A program made the translations under genes and the position numbers. A DNA stretch of 64,000 nucleotides from an uncultured Candidatus Saccharibacteria bacterium (GTDB lineage: Bacteria > Patescibacteriota > Minisyncoccia > Phycocordibacterales > Phycocordibacteraceae), in NCBI GenBank assembly GCA_964446735.1, contig CAYUQB010000001.1, forward strand, positions 199,465-263,464. Direction: 5' to 3'. The notes below the pieces were generated by a model that had not been told where the DNA came from, did no database searches, and saw only the letters and a list, made by a program, of their open reading frames with translations. Positions 47,237 to 56,585 of the stretch are shown piece by piece; positions within the stretch are counted from its first letter, which is position 1; every line of letters starts with the position of its first letter.

Positions 47237-47545
47237 CTACTGTCCGTACAACTCTTTGAGCTCCCTGAGCTGTTCAGCCGATGGAAGCCCGAAGATTCCC
47301 GTGGGCGCAGCCTCAGCTCCGCCGGTAAGCGCTTCGATGACTGGTCCGATGTATGCACTGAGGAAGATGAGCGGGAGGCCAAGCAAGATCAACCAAATGA
47401 TGATCTTGGCGATAAAGGCAATGAGCGCATTACGCTCCATGCGCTTCAGGATCTTATTCGTTTCTGTTGCGACCTCAAGATTCTGCTTGAGCAGATCCTC
47501 GAGGTGTCCGTACGACATGCCACCCGGTCCGGTTGGTTCACTCAT
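47237..47545 (-). CDS. Hypothetical small membrane protein
   Basis: 102 aa with one TM helix (ALIAFIAKIIIWLILLGLPLIFL). Confidence 0.35.
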   Translation of the reverse strand: MSEPTGPGGMSYGHLEDLLKQNLEVATETNKILKRMERNALIAFIAKIIIWLILLGLPLIFLSAYIGPVIEALTGGAEAAPTGIFGLPSAEQLRELKELYGQ

Positions 47546-47556
47546 AGGTATGTTCT

Positions 47557-47736
47557 TCAGTTTTCTCGTTCTGCACGCTCGAGATCGCGTTGATATTGTT
47601 CGAGCTTACGCTTCTTTTCTGCTACATCGCGCGTCAATTCTTCAACCTTGCGCTTGCTTGTCTCAAGTTCGCGCTCGCGTGCTCGAACTTCATCCGTGTA
47701 CCAGCTTATCTCGCGCTTGAGTTGGCCCGTATCCAT
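47557..47736 (-). CDS. Hypothetical small coiled-coil protein
   Basis: MDTGQLKREISWYTDEVRARERELETSKRKVEELTRDVAEKKRKLEQYQRDLERAEREN. The start lies directly after the doxX stop. Confidence 0.3.
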   Translation of the reverse strand: MDTGQLKREISWYTDEVRARERELETSKRKVEELTRDVAEKKRKLEQYQRDLERAEREN

Positions 47737-47738
47737 GC

Positions 47739-48191
47739 TTACTTTGAGAGCACCGTGCACGTACCCGCTTCCCCATTACAGAGCATGCCACCACAGTGTT
47801 TGCATTCCATCTGCATGATTGAGTACTTACCGCTGCCGGCAAGTGCGATGCCAAACGATACGAGCGCAAGCACGAAGTCGAGTCCAAGCCCACGGCCGAA
47901 TCCTACGAGAAGAGTCGCGACGAGCATCTCGATACCGAAGATAAAGCCGAACAAACGAGTGGCGATACCCAGAATGAGCGCAAGACCACCGATTACCTCA
48001 AGCCACGCAATGAAGTAGACGACTGCCGGTGCGATACCGAAGTGTCCGAGCATGGCGATAGCGCCCTGCATGTTGGCTACCTTCATCCAGCCATGCGTAA
48101 GGAAGATGGTCCCGGCAGCAACTCGGATCAAGAGAAGACCGAATGCTGGTGTATAGAAATACCGACTGGTCTGGTTCACGATTTTCTTCAT
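47739..48191 (-). CDS. DoxX-family membrane protein with a C-terminal Cys-rich tail
   Basis: The DoxX-type helices are AAGTIFLTHGWMK and EVIGGLALILG. The tail is CKHCGGMLCNGEAGTC. Confidence 0.6.
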   Translation of the reverse strand: MKKIVNQTSRYFYTPAFGLLLIRVAAGTIFLTHGWMKVANMQGAIAMLGHFGIAPAVVYFIAWLEVIGGLALILGIATRLFGFIFGIEMLVATLLVGFGRGLGLDFVLALVSFGIALAGSGKYSIMQMECKHCGGMLCNGEAGTCTVLSK

Positions 48192-48276
48192 AGGTTCAGC
48201 TAGTTGATTATGAGTTCAGTATATCAGCACGAAACCGCGCAGTGGGCGCGGTTTCGTGCTAGTCTTCCCATGTTTA

Positions 48277-48348
48277 GCCCCTGTAGTTCAATGGATAGAA
48301 CACCTCACTCCTAACGAGGTAATGTAGGTTCGACTCCTACCGGGGGCA
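48277..48348 (+). tRNA. tRNA-Arg (CCT)
   Basis: gcccctgtagttcaatggatagaacacctcactCCTaacgaggtaatgtaggttcgactcctaccgggggca. There is one A·C mismatch in the anticodon stem. Confidence 0.7.
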
Positions 48349-48353
48349 CTACG

Positions 48354-48611
48354 CTACGCTTCTGGAGCGCCTCCAAGCCCGAGGGCCTCGTCGATGCGCC
48401 TCTTATCAAAGCCGACGATCAGGTCGTCTCCAATGAGAATGACGGGCACTCCCATCTGGCCGCTCTTCTCAATCATTTCCTGGCGCTTTTCCTGATCCGC
48501 CGCCACGTTGTATTCCGTGTACTGGATATTGTTTGCCTTGAAAAGCTCTTTGCTCATCTGGCAAAAATGACAGGTCGGGGTCGTATAAATAGTGACAGGC
48601 TTCTGGTCCAT
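48354..48611 (-). CDS. Glutaredoxin-like protein (NrdH/YruB-like)
   Basis: 85 aa. CxxC lies in TIYTTPTCHFCQMSKELF, followed by a thioredoxin fold. Confidence 0.7.
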   Translation of the reverse strand: MDQKPVTIYTTPTCHFCQMSKELFKANNIQYTEYNVAADQEKRQEMIEKSGQMGVPVILIGDDLIVGFDKRRIDEALGLGGAPEA

Positions 48612-48662
48612 AGATCTTGATTACTGGTAGGAGGATTGTATCACAAGGGCTCTGTGGATAAC

Positions 48663-49193
48663 CTAGTAGAGCTCCGGGTTCTTAAAGGGAATCAGCGCTA
48701 GAAGCGCTGCCTCAACGTAATAACTGGTTCGGGTTATGAGATCCCCGGTCAAAATACCTACCGAACCGTTCGATTGTTTAGAATTGGTGCGCCCAAACAC
48801 AATATCGTCTGCTTCTCCCAGCTCTTTTCCTTGTCGGACCAATTCCACAATTGCGTGCGGTAGGAAGAAGGTGGATGTACGTGCCTTACCGAATCTTCCC
48901 TCTCTCCCTTCAATAACCGCCCAGGCAAACACCTCCATTTCCCCTTCCTTTTCTTCAAGGCCACCTTCAAACGCGACCCAGAAATCTGCGTCGGGCTCTG
49001 CTTCTCGTGCTGCTCGAACCCGATTCATAGCTCCAGTAAACGTTTCCGCATCAGTACTCGGTTGGTCAGCAACCCCTGAAGGAACTGATACTCCTATGCA
49101 CTCGAATGTCTCATCGGGAAATACGCGTTCAAATGCCGTGCGAGCGGCATCGATCTTTACGATATTCTTTGATGCGATAACGATGTGCTTCAT
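48663..49193 (-). CDS. Inosine/xanthosine triphosphatase-like (YjjX/Maf-Ham1 superfamily) protein
   Basis: MKHIVIASKNIVKIDAARTAFERVFP resembles the YjjX N-terminus. The ATG abuts the tRNA-Gly 3' end. Confidence 0.55.
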   Translation of the reverse strand: MKHIVIASKNIVKIDAARTAFERVFPDETFECIGVSVPSGVADQPSTDAETFTGAMNRVRAAREAEPDADFWVAFEGGLEEKEGEMEVFAWAVIEGREGRFGKARTSTFFLPHAIVELVRQGKELGEADDIVFGRTNSKQSNGSVGILTGDLITRTSYYVEAALLALIPFKNPELY

Positions 49194-49194
49194 G

Positions 49195-49265
49195 TGCGGA
49201 ATACGGGAATCGAACCCGTGCCCCAACCTTGGGAAGGTCGTATTCTGCCACTAAACTAATTCCGC
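49195..49265 (-). tRNA. tRNA-Gly (CCC)
   Basis: The reverse complement reads gcggaattagtttagtggcagaatacgaccttCCCaaggttggggcacgggttcgattcccgtattccgca. Confidence 0.75.
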
Positions 49266-49621
49266 TAGAGCCCGAATCTACCGAGAAAGGCGCGCCACCA
49301 CGGGAGCTTCGGAGTGGTCGTCGCCTCTTTCGGAGGTACGACGATGATAACCCCTTCCCCGGGCTTGGCAACGCCATACGTCTGGCGGAGACTCGCTTCC
49401 TGGCCACGTTCCGTCGAGAGCTCGGCGATACTCTGCTTCAGCACCTCTTTACGCTCGTTGAGGCTGGCAAGTTCGGCCTTCGTATCTCTCACGGCATGAC
49501 GGGCAATCTCTTCCTTGCGTACGATTCCGAAGAAAAGCCACAGGAGCCACAGGACGAGCAGGGCCAGGAGACCCGCTACGACATATTCTCCGATATTCCG
49601 CTGACGCCTGCGACGGGGCAT
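49265..49621 (-). CDS. Septum formation initiator family protein (FtsB/DivIC-like)
   Basis: A basic N-terminus and a TM helix (VVAGLLALLVLWLLWLFF) are followed by a coiled coil and GEGVIIV. The stop codon overlaps the tRNA-Gly 5' end by 1 nt. Confidence 0.5.
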   Translation of the reverse strand: MPRRRRQRNIGEYVVAGLLALLVLWLLWLFFGIVRKEEIARHAVRDTKAELASLNERKEVLKQSIAELSTERGQEASLRQTYGVAKPGEGVIIVVPPKEATTTPKLPWWRAFLGRFGL

Positions 49622-49638
49622 GGCGAGAGTATAGCAAG

Positions 49639-51429
49639 CTAGCGCTCGCTATCCTGCACCATCTTCATAAAGACCTCCTGTGGAATCTCCATCGACGCAT
49701 GTTCACCACGACGTTTCTTTCCCTTCTTCTGCTTTTCTAGAAGTTTCTTTTTGCGGGTGATATCCCCGCCATACAGATACCCGGTGACATCCTTACGCAA
49801 CGCAGAAATGGAACGCGACGCAAGAATGCGTCCGAGCGCATGCGCCTGAATCTTCACTACGAACATCTGACGAGGAAGGATCCCGTGGAGTTTCTCAACC
49901 ATCCGTTCGCCCTCCTCCTGCACCCGACGACGAGAGACCACGCGCGCAAACGCCGGAACCGGTTCTTCTGCAACGAAAATCTCGAGCTTCACCACATCGG
50001 CGACGCGGTTTTCGAGAAACTCATACGAGAGTGAAGCGTATCCAGAAGAAATGTTCTTCACCTTATCAAAGAAGCCTCGCATAAGTTCCCGGAGCGGCAT
50101 CTCAACGGTAAGTTCAATGCGCCCATCGAGATGCGTCTCAGTTGCACGCACCGCACCTTCATGATCATGAAATGCTTGGAGAAGTCCCGAGAGCGATTCA
50201 GGAGGGGTCATGAGTATGACCGTTACCCAGGGCTCTTCGATCGTGGCGATATCGCCGAACGCAGGAAACTTCGATGCGGTGTAAATGGTTTCTCGCTTCC
50301 CTTTCGTATCAGTGACGATATACGCAATGGTGGGAATGGTAACGATAAGCGTAAGATCGAATTCACGTTTCAGACGCTCGGTAATGATCTCAAGATGAAG
50401 CATGCCGAGGAATCCGCAGCGGAATCCACGCCCGAGTACTCCCGATGATTCTTCTTCGAATGAGAGAGAAGAGTCTGAGAGACGAAGACGCTCAAGCGCC
50501 TGCCGGAGCTCCGTGAGATCATCCTGACTTTCGGGGTACACCGACGCCCATACGACTGGTCGCGGCCGCTCAAAGTCAGAGAGCGGTGGTAGCTTCGGAC
50601 GATCTGCCCCGACGGTATCGCCCACCGCAACCACACCCGCTTCTTTAATACCCGTGACAACATACCCGATCTCTCCTGCTGAAAGCGCTGCGGTAGGGGT
50701 TTCGTCCGGCATGAATACTCCCGTCTCAAGTGCAACGAATTTCTTCCCCGCTGAAGCAAACGCGAGTGTATCGCCCTTTTTGATGTGTCCATCAAACACT
50801 CGTACATACACCGCGATGCCTCGATGAGTGGAATACGAGAAATCGAAAATAAGTGCACGCGGTTCCGGAGCCTCACTTTCCCGAGCCTTTGGAACGCGGG
50901 TGACGATCGCCTCAAGCAGCTCCTCTACCCCGTCTCCAGTGCGTCCTGATACCGCGAGCACCGCGTCTTCTTCAACTGACAGAAGCATTGCCAGCTCGGT
51001 CTTCACTTCCTCAACACGTGCATACGGAGAGTCGATCTTAGAGAGCACCGGAATAATGACGCAGCCCGCAGCCTTAGCCATACCGAGGGTCGTCAGTGTT
51101 TGTGCCTGCACCCCTTGGGTAGAGTCCACCAGGAGAATGACGCCCTCAACTGCCGAAAGTGCGCGAGATACTTCATAGGCAAAGTCGATATGGCCGGGCG
51201 TGTCGATGAGATTGAGCACGTATGCTTGCCCATCCTTGGCCTTGTACTCCATCCGAGCAGGCTGCATCTTGATCGTGATGCCGCGCTCGCGTTCGAGATC
51301 CATCTTGTCGAGCACCTGGTCACGCATCTTTCGCGCCTCAATAGTACCGGTACGTTCAAGAAGCCGATCGGCAAGCGTGGACTTGCCGTGGTCGATGTGC
51401 GCGATTATGGAAAAGTTTCTGATATTCAT
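49639..51429 (-). CDS. lepA: Elongation factor 4
   Basis: The N-terminus is MNIRNFSIIAHIDHGKSTLADRLL. DTPGHIDF is followed by the LepA-specific C-terminal domain. Confidence 0.95.
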   Translation of the reverse strand: MNIRNFSIIAHIDHGKSTLADRLLERTGTIEARKMRDQVLDKMDLERERGITIKMQPARMEYKAKDGQAYVLNLIDTPGHIDFAYEVSRALSAVEGVILLVDSTQGVQAQTLTTLGMAKAAGCVIIPVLSKIDSPYARVEEVKTELAMLLSVEEDAVLAVSGRTGDGVEELLEAIVTRVPKARESEAPEPRALIFDFSYSTHRGIAVYVRVFDGHIKKGDTLAFASAGKKFVALETGVFMPDETPTAALSAGEIGYVVTGIKEAGVVAVGDTVGADRPKLPPLSDFERPRPVVWASVYPESQDDLTELRQALERLRLSDSSLSFEEESSGVLGRGFRCGFLGMLHLEIITERLKREFDLTLIVTIPTIAYIVTDTKGKRETIYTASKFPAFGDIATIEEPWVTVILMTPPESLSGLLQAFHDHEGAVRATETHLDGRIELTVEMPLRELMRGFFDKVKNISSGYASLSYEFLENRVADVVKLEIFVAEEPVPAFARVVSRRRVQEEGERMVEKLHGILPRQMFVVKIQAHALGRILASRSISALRKDVTGYLYGGDITRKKKLLEKQKKGKKRRGEHASMEIPQEVFMKMVQDSER

Positions 51430-51431
51430 TG

Positions 51432-53114
51432 CTAGGTGTCGGCACGATCTTCAAGCAGAGCTCCGTGCGGCTTGAGCGCCTTGGTTGAGGTGAGGCGTTT
51501 AAGCGCATCAACCAGGTCCTTGAACTCCTGGTTCTCAAGGAGTGCCAAGACTGCTGCGGCGACCGCCAGGCCCACCATACCAGCTAGTGCTCCTTCTATG
51601 AATACCGTCGGAAGGCTCGAGAGTGGTGCGAGTGTACCCATGATGGTGAGTACTGCGTAGCTGGCAGCGCCTCCAAGAATGGCTGCACCCAGTCCCTCAA
51701 ACAAGGGGCGCACGAGCGCACCGGCAACCCCGGGCGCCACCGTCCGCAGCGTAAGGAGGGCGACCATTCCCATGATGAGCTGGCCGATGGTCGCACCAAG
51801 CGCAATGAAGAGCACATTGGTACCCGGCACATCTACGACGCGAAACATCGCCTCAAAGAAGTACCGGAGCATTGGGTACGCATCTGCGAGACGGACCAGG
51901 GTCCAGGCCAATAGCACCGAAATACCACAGTCGGCAAGCTGCACGAGGAGCGGGTTCCATGATTTCTGAGCAGCGTAAAAGGCGCGAGCGGACAAAAGAA
52001 TAATTCCTTGAGCCATGAGGCCAGCAACCAGTATGGCGAGTACCGCGGCGGTGAGTCGTGTGTCGTTCCAGTCGAATGCACCCGTGCCAAGCACAATGCG
52101 CACGATGTACGCACGGAGCACAATGGCGAGTACTGCAGCGGTTGCTGACCAGAAGATAATGTGACGTGCGGCTGCGGTAAGCGTTGCCTTGAATTCATCA
52201 AAGCGTTTCGCATTCACATGTTCCGCAAGCACCGGAAAGGCCGCGGTCGCATAGGAAGCACCTATTAGGGAGAGCGGAACGGCTTCGAGATTCCCTGCAA
52301 GCGTATACACGGCCACTCCCCCGCTTGATGTTCGTGAAGCGAGCGAGATGAGAACCAGAGTAATGATTGAACTCATGCCAAGCGCAAGCGAGCGTGGCAC
52401 TGAATTTTTCATTATCGACCAGATGAGGGCGGGAGAAGGAATTGTGGGCCGTGGTAGCAATTTCGCCTCGAGCACAACAGGAATATGGACTGAGAGGTGG
52501 AAGAACGCACCCAACAGTACGCCAAGTCCGATACCTGGCAGGCCAAAGTGCGGATACAGCACCACCGTGCCAAAGATGATGCCCAGGTTATACAGCACCG
52601 GTGAAAGTGCGAAGAGCGCAAATCGTCGATGTACTTGGGTAACGCTGGTGAGAATTCCTGAAAGCCCGAGCAGAATTGGTTGAATGAGGAGCAAGCGGGC
52701 GAGCATCACGAATTCAGCTGCGTGTTCCGATCGAGCGAATGTCGGAAAGAGCACAAACAAAAAGTTCGGAGCGAAGATCGCAAGGAGGGTACAGATAACA
52801 CCTCCAGCGATCACGAGAAACGAAGCGGAATGTGAGAGCACTCGTCTGGTCTCCGCTTGATCCGTTTTCGCAATCAAGGGAATGAGTACGTACGCTGACA
52901 CCAAGGAGGCTACGAGCGCGAACACAACATCCGGCACCTTAAAGGCGGCGTAGTAGAGATCAAGAATCTCCCCTGCCCCAAATTGATGTGCGAACAAGCG
53001 ATCACGCAAAAGCGCAAGCGCCTGGCTGGCGAGTGTCAGGAACGCAAGCAAGTACGCGGCCTGGTGGAGGCCGCGTACCGGGGATACCAATGTCTTCAGT
53101 ATCCTGCTTACCAT
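51432..53114 (-). CDS. murJ: Lipid II flippase MurJ (MviN family)
   Basis: 560 aa with about 14 TM helices and MurJ-like N-terminal motifs (LSRxxGxxRD-like LLRDRLFAHQFGAG). Confidence 0.8.
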   Translation of the reverse strand: MVSRILKTLVSPVRGLHQAAYLLAFLTLASQALALLRDRLFAHQFGAGEILDLYYAAFKVPDVVFALVASLVSAYVLIPLIAKTDQAETRRVLSHSASFLVIAGGVICTLLAIFAPNFLFVLFPTFARSEHAAEFVMLARLLLIQPILLGLSGILTSVTQVHRRFALFALSPVLYNLGIIFGTVVLYPHFGLPGIGLGVLLGAFFHLSVHIPVVLEAKLLPRPTIPSPALIWSIMKNSVPRSLALGMSSIITLVLISLASRTSSGGVAVYTLAGNLEAVPLSLIGASYATAAFPVLAEHVNAKRFDEFKATLTAAARHIIFWSATAAVLAIVLRAYIVRIVLGTGAFDWNDTRLTAAVLAILVAGLMAQGIILLSARAFYAAQKSWNPLLVQLADCGISVLLAWTLVRLADAYPMLRYFFEAMFRVVDVPGTNVLFIALGATIGQLIMGMVALLTLRTVAPGVAGALVRPLFEGLGAAILGGAASYAVLTIMGTLAPLSSLPTVFIEGALAGMVGLAVAAAVLALLENQEFKDLVDALKRLTSTKALKPHGALLEDRADT

Positions 53115-53130
53115 TCCCTCTAGCTTACCA

Positions 53131-55557
53131 CTATTTCTGGGCCGCTGGGGTTGGTTCGTTTACGCCCGACTGAGGAATACCGAGTGCCCCAAGGCGCGAA
53201 GCGGGGAACGGATTACGCCCTGCCTGAAGCGCTGCGATATCATCTGCAACCGCCTTCGCATTGTCTTCGGAAAATGCAGCCACGGTGCTTAGTTCCGTCA
53301 GCGCCTTATCCAACTGCCCCTTCGTTGCGTACATGACGCCGAGGAAGAAGTGTGCGTTTGCGTACTGGGGATTCACCTGAACCGCTCGCGCAAGCGCATC
53401 GATGGCTCCATCGGTGTTGCCATTCGCCGAACGAAGGATACCGACTTGGAAGAGGACGGTCGGATCGCTTGGTGCGAAGTACGCTGCGGCTTCAGCTTCC
53501 TGAAGTGCTTCGCGTGCCCTCCCCTGCTGTGCTTGAAGCTGCGAGAGAAGGAAGATGGCTTGAGTGTAGTCACGCTTCAGACTCTTCGCTTTCACGAGCT
53601 GCTCTTCCGCTTGCTTGGCGTTGCCCTTCGCGATTTCAAGCTGCGCGATGATGAACGGGAGTGCTGGGTTGGTAGGAGCAAGCGATTCTGCCTTCTCAAA
53701 GGCGGTCTTGGCGTTCTCGTACGCACCTTCGATATTCAGCGGTACCACCGTCTGGTACACGTTGCCGAGCATCGCCCAGTTTTGGTAGTTCTTCGGCCAC
53801 AGACGGGTTGCCGTCGTACCTGCCTGAATGCCGCCCGTGAGTGCGGCCTGGAACTGCTGCTGTGCGTCTGCCGGCGTGAGCGTGGTGTCAGCTGCAATCT
53901 CGCGCATACGCGCAATACCAATGGCTGCGGCAAGCTGATACGCACGTTCGCTCGGAGCGAACAGGATCGAACGATTCACTGCGGTCGTGGCACCTCCAAG
54001 ATTTCCCTTGCCATAGTCGGCAGTTGCCTGCGCATACGAGACATTGGCGAGATATCGCTCAACGACGACGTACGCAGCAAAGACTGATGCCAACAGAAGG
54101 AGCGTGAGGCCGAACACAATCACAAATCCGACTCGTGGGCTCCTGGCAAAGATAACGCCGTACTCGCGACGTTCGCGCCCGTAGCGCAAGGACGAGACGA
54201 AGATACCGAGCATGAGTGCTCCAACCATGAGCACCATAGGACCAGGAACCGTTACGACCGACAGTACGAGCACGTAGAGCGCGCCAGTGAATGATGCGAG
54301 CGATACGTACCGCATGAACGAGTCAGACGGCGTGCGGAAGAGGAGCGCACGCAAGCCCACGAACAGGAAGATACCAATGAACGCGAGCCAGGCGAGTACT
54401 CCGATAACTCCCGTCGTCACGAAGGAAGTGGGAATGTAGCCGATGCCGCTCGTGAAGTCGACGTTCCAGAAGATCGTATCGTTGAGTGCACGATCACGGT
54501 ACTGAAGCCACTGGGCACCAAACGTACCCGGGCCAGACCCGAAGAGCGGCGATGTCGCGTACGTGTGGCTGCCCACATCAAAGGTGGACTGCCAACTTGG
54601 GCGCACATCAATAACACTCGCATTGAATGCGGTTACCAAGGCATTCCCAATGGTCGATCCTCCGATAAGGAAGAAGAGCGAGATGAGAAGCGTAATGAGA
54701 GGCGCAGCAAGCGATGAATGCTCACCGTCGCCAAAATCCATATCTCGTTCGCCCGAAATTACGGCGACGCCATCGAATTCCCCGTCATCACCCATAGGGC
54801 GTCGACGCATGATGGACTCGATAAAGAGCCCAAGCGCGACCAGCGCGACCATGCCCCAGACGAGCTGCGAGTTCACGAGCGCCAAGATGAGTAGCCCCAC
54901 CGCTCCTCCGATATAGAGGAGCGTACGAGCGCGGCCAACAATTGAGAGGAACCGCAGCGCAAGAAGCGAGAGGGTGAGTCCAAGACCAACCAGAATGCCC
55001 ACATCCCCGAAGGTCCCTATAAGATTCACCGTTGGTGTCACCAGCTTGGGCGCGATCTTACCCACAAGAACGAACACGACCTGCGCCGCAATAACCACGC
55101 CGAGCACAATCGCACCCCACTTGAAGAACGCCTTGTACTGCGGGCTTCTACGGAATGCGAGCGCAGTCAATGTCGAGAGTGCTGCAAGCAACACCACGAA
55201 CCCGAGCGTGTCGGACTCAAGATCGGTGCCAAAGAACGCACTCGCAAAGCTGGCGCCCGAGAAGAGCGCTGAGAGCAGGTACGCAATCGGCACAATCCAA
55301 AGCGCACCCAGAAGCGGGAGTGGCGGAACAATGACGTTGCCACGACGCAGGCGTGCGAGGATGAAGAATACGAGCGCGACCAGTGCACCTATCGCGAGGA
55401 TCGAGATCTTCGTGTAGATGAACGGTATGGTCTGCGAAGGAATAAAGGCGACCAGCGAGAGGCCGCTTGCAACGATGAGCGCCCATATCGCTGCAGTATC
55501 GAACGAGAAGCGTCGCGGGTAAGACGCTGTCGCCGATGTAGGTACATCAGGATGCAT
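53131..55557 (-). CDS. O-antigen-ligase-like polytopic membrane protein with C-terminal TPR repeats
   Basis: 808 aa. At least ten TM helices span the N-terminal 500 aa (Wzy_C-like). The C-terminal 250 aa hold tandem TPR-like repeats (AxxxLxxAxxLxP...). Confidence 0.5.
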   Translation of the reverse strand: MHPDVPTSATASYPRRFSFDTAAIWALIVASGLSLVAFIPSQTIPFIYTKISILAIGALVALVFFILARLRRGNVIVPPLPLLGALWIVPIAYLLSALFSGASFASAFFGTDLESDTLGFVVLLAALSTLTALAFRRSPQYKAFFKWGAIVLGVVIAAQVVFVLVGKIAPKLVTPTVNLIGTFGDVGILVGLGLTLSLLALRFLSIVGRARTLLYIGGAVGLLILALVNSQLVWGMVALVALGLFIESIMRRRPMGDDGEFDGVAVISGERDMDFGDGEHSSLAAPLITLLISLFFLIGGSTIGNALVTAFNASVIDVRPSWQSTFDVGSHTYATSPLFGSGPGTFGAQWLQYRDRALNDTIFWNVDFTSGIGYIPTSFVTTGVIGVLAWLAFIGIFLFVGLRALLFRTPSDSFMRYVSLASFTGALYVLVLSVVTVPGPMVLMVGALMLGIFVSSLRYGRERREYGVIFARSPRVGFVIVFGLTLLLLASVFAAYVVVERYLANVSYAQATADYGKGNLGGATTAVNRSILFAPSERAYQLAAAIGIARMREIAADTTLTPADAQQQFQAALTGGIQAGTTATRLWPKNYQNWAMLGNVYQTVVPLNIEGAYENAKTAFEKAESLAPTNPALPFIIAQLEIAKGNAKQAEEQLVKAKSLKRDYTQAIFLLSQLQAQQGRAREALQEAEAAAYFAPSDPTVLFQVGILRSANGNTDGAIDALARAVQVNPQYANAHFFLGVMYATKGQLDKALTELSTVAAFSEDNAKAVADDIAALQAGRNPFPASRLGALGIPQSGVNEPTPAAQK

Positions 55558-55669
55558 ATGTTTTTTGTTACTCCGTAATCACGGGATTAACCCTAGCCCA
55601 ATTAATAATGCCCTTTTAGTATAGCGCCCTTGCCAGGGCTCATAATGGCCGCTGGGGACGAGCAAAACA

Positions 55670-55700
55670 GCAAAAACCCGCCGTGAAGGCGGGTTTTTGC
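55670..55700. terminator. Rho-independent terminator (it serves rnpB on the minus strand)
   Basis: aaaaacccgcc-gtgaa-ggcgggttttt. Confidence 0.5.
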
Positions 55701-55705
55701 ATGTG

Positions 55706-56026
55706 TTGGATACCGGTTCGGTAAGCCGAATTCTGTGCCGCATACGCGGCGGCGACCATCTATCTAAGGCCCGTGGTTGCCCAGGGGCTCAAGCGGCGCT
55801 TCCACTCAAAGGTGGACACGGCCTTGCACCGAGGTAAGGATTTAGCCGTTTCAGTCCGAGATCGCTCTCGGCCCACTCTCAAGGAGAGTATCTATCCTTT
55901 CGGAATCGATCGTTTCTGTTCGCACCTCGCGCCTTTCGGCGGACGGGCGTTACCCGCTACCCTGCTGCAGTCAAAGACTGCCGGTGTTCGGACTTTCCTC
56001 TCGAGAGATCTCGAGCGGTCGCCTGA
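55706..56026 (-). ncRNA. rnpB: RNase P RNA (bacterial type A-like)
   Basis: The minus strand contains GAGAGGAAAGTCCGAACACCGGCAG (P4 5' strand), GGGTAACGCC, AACAGAAAC, GGTGCAAGGCC and GCTTGAGCC...CCTTAGATAGATGG...ACAGAATTCGGCTTACCG (P4 3' strand). The ends pair as P1 (ggaccggttc / gaaccggtatcc). Confidence 0.75.
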
Positions 56027-56060
56027 ACCGGTCCGTGAGCATTATACCACGGATGAATAG

Positions 56061-56520
56061 CTACCGATAGGGTGCCGGGAGCGCCACCTTCGTTCCCACC
56101 TCCCAGCCATGATCGAGTGCATATCCGGCGCGGGTCTCAAGTACGTAGGTAACCGGCACGGGAGGATAAAAGATCTCTGGATACGTTGATGGAGATACTG
56201 AGTGATTGATGAGGATAATGGAACCGTCGTCGTTGAGCCAGATGATATCGATCGGTTCCACCATATCCTTCATCCAGATGCCGTAGCGACCCTTCTCTGG
56301 AAAGACAAAGAGCATACCGTAGTCGTCGGGAATAGGAGTCCGTCCGCCAAGGCCCTTCCGCTGCGTTTGAGGAGTGTCGGCAATCTCAAAACGCATGGAG
56401 CCTTCGGTTAGTTCAGTGGGAGGAGTGAGAACCTCAGTACGAGGCTGCCCCACGAAGAGCCAGGTACTTACCCCCATCAGGGCGAGTCCGATAAGGACGA
56501 GAACGATGCGAACTAGCTTC
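56061..56520 (-). CDS. DUF192 family protein (COG1430-like)
   Basis: MLFVFP, GIWMKDM and PIDIIWL are present. The start is at MKLVRIVLVLIG, a signal-anchor. Confidence 0.55.
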
Positions 56521-56585
56521 ATGTCGCCATGATACCGCACACGCCCCGCATAGAGGGCGTGTACCGAGCTGAGCGTGTCTTCGAG

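Noticed and set aside
53350-54087. 245-aa plus-strand ORF
   Set aside because: It is antisense to the 808-aa membrane/TPR gene.
55773-56060. 95-aa plus-strand ORF
   Set aside because: It lies entirely inside the RNase P RNA (rnpB) on the opposite strand. Conserved P4 blocks explain the sequence.
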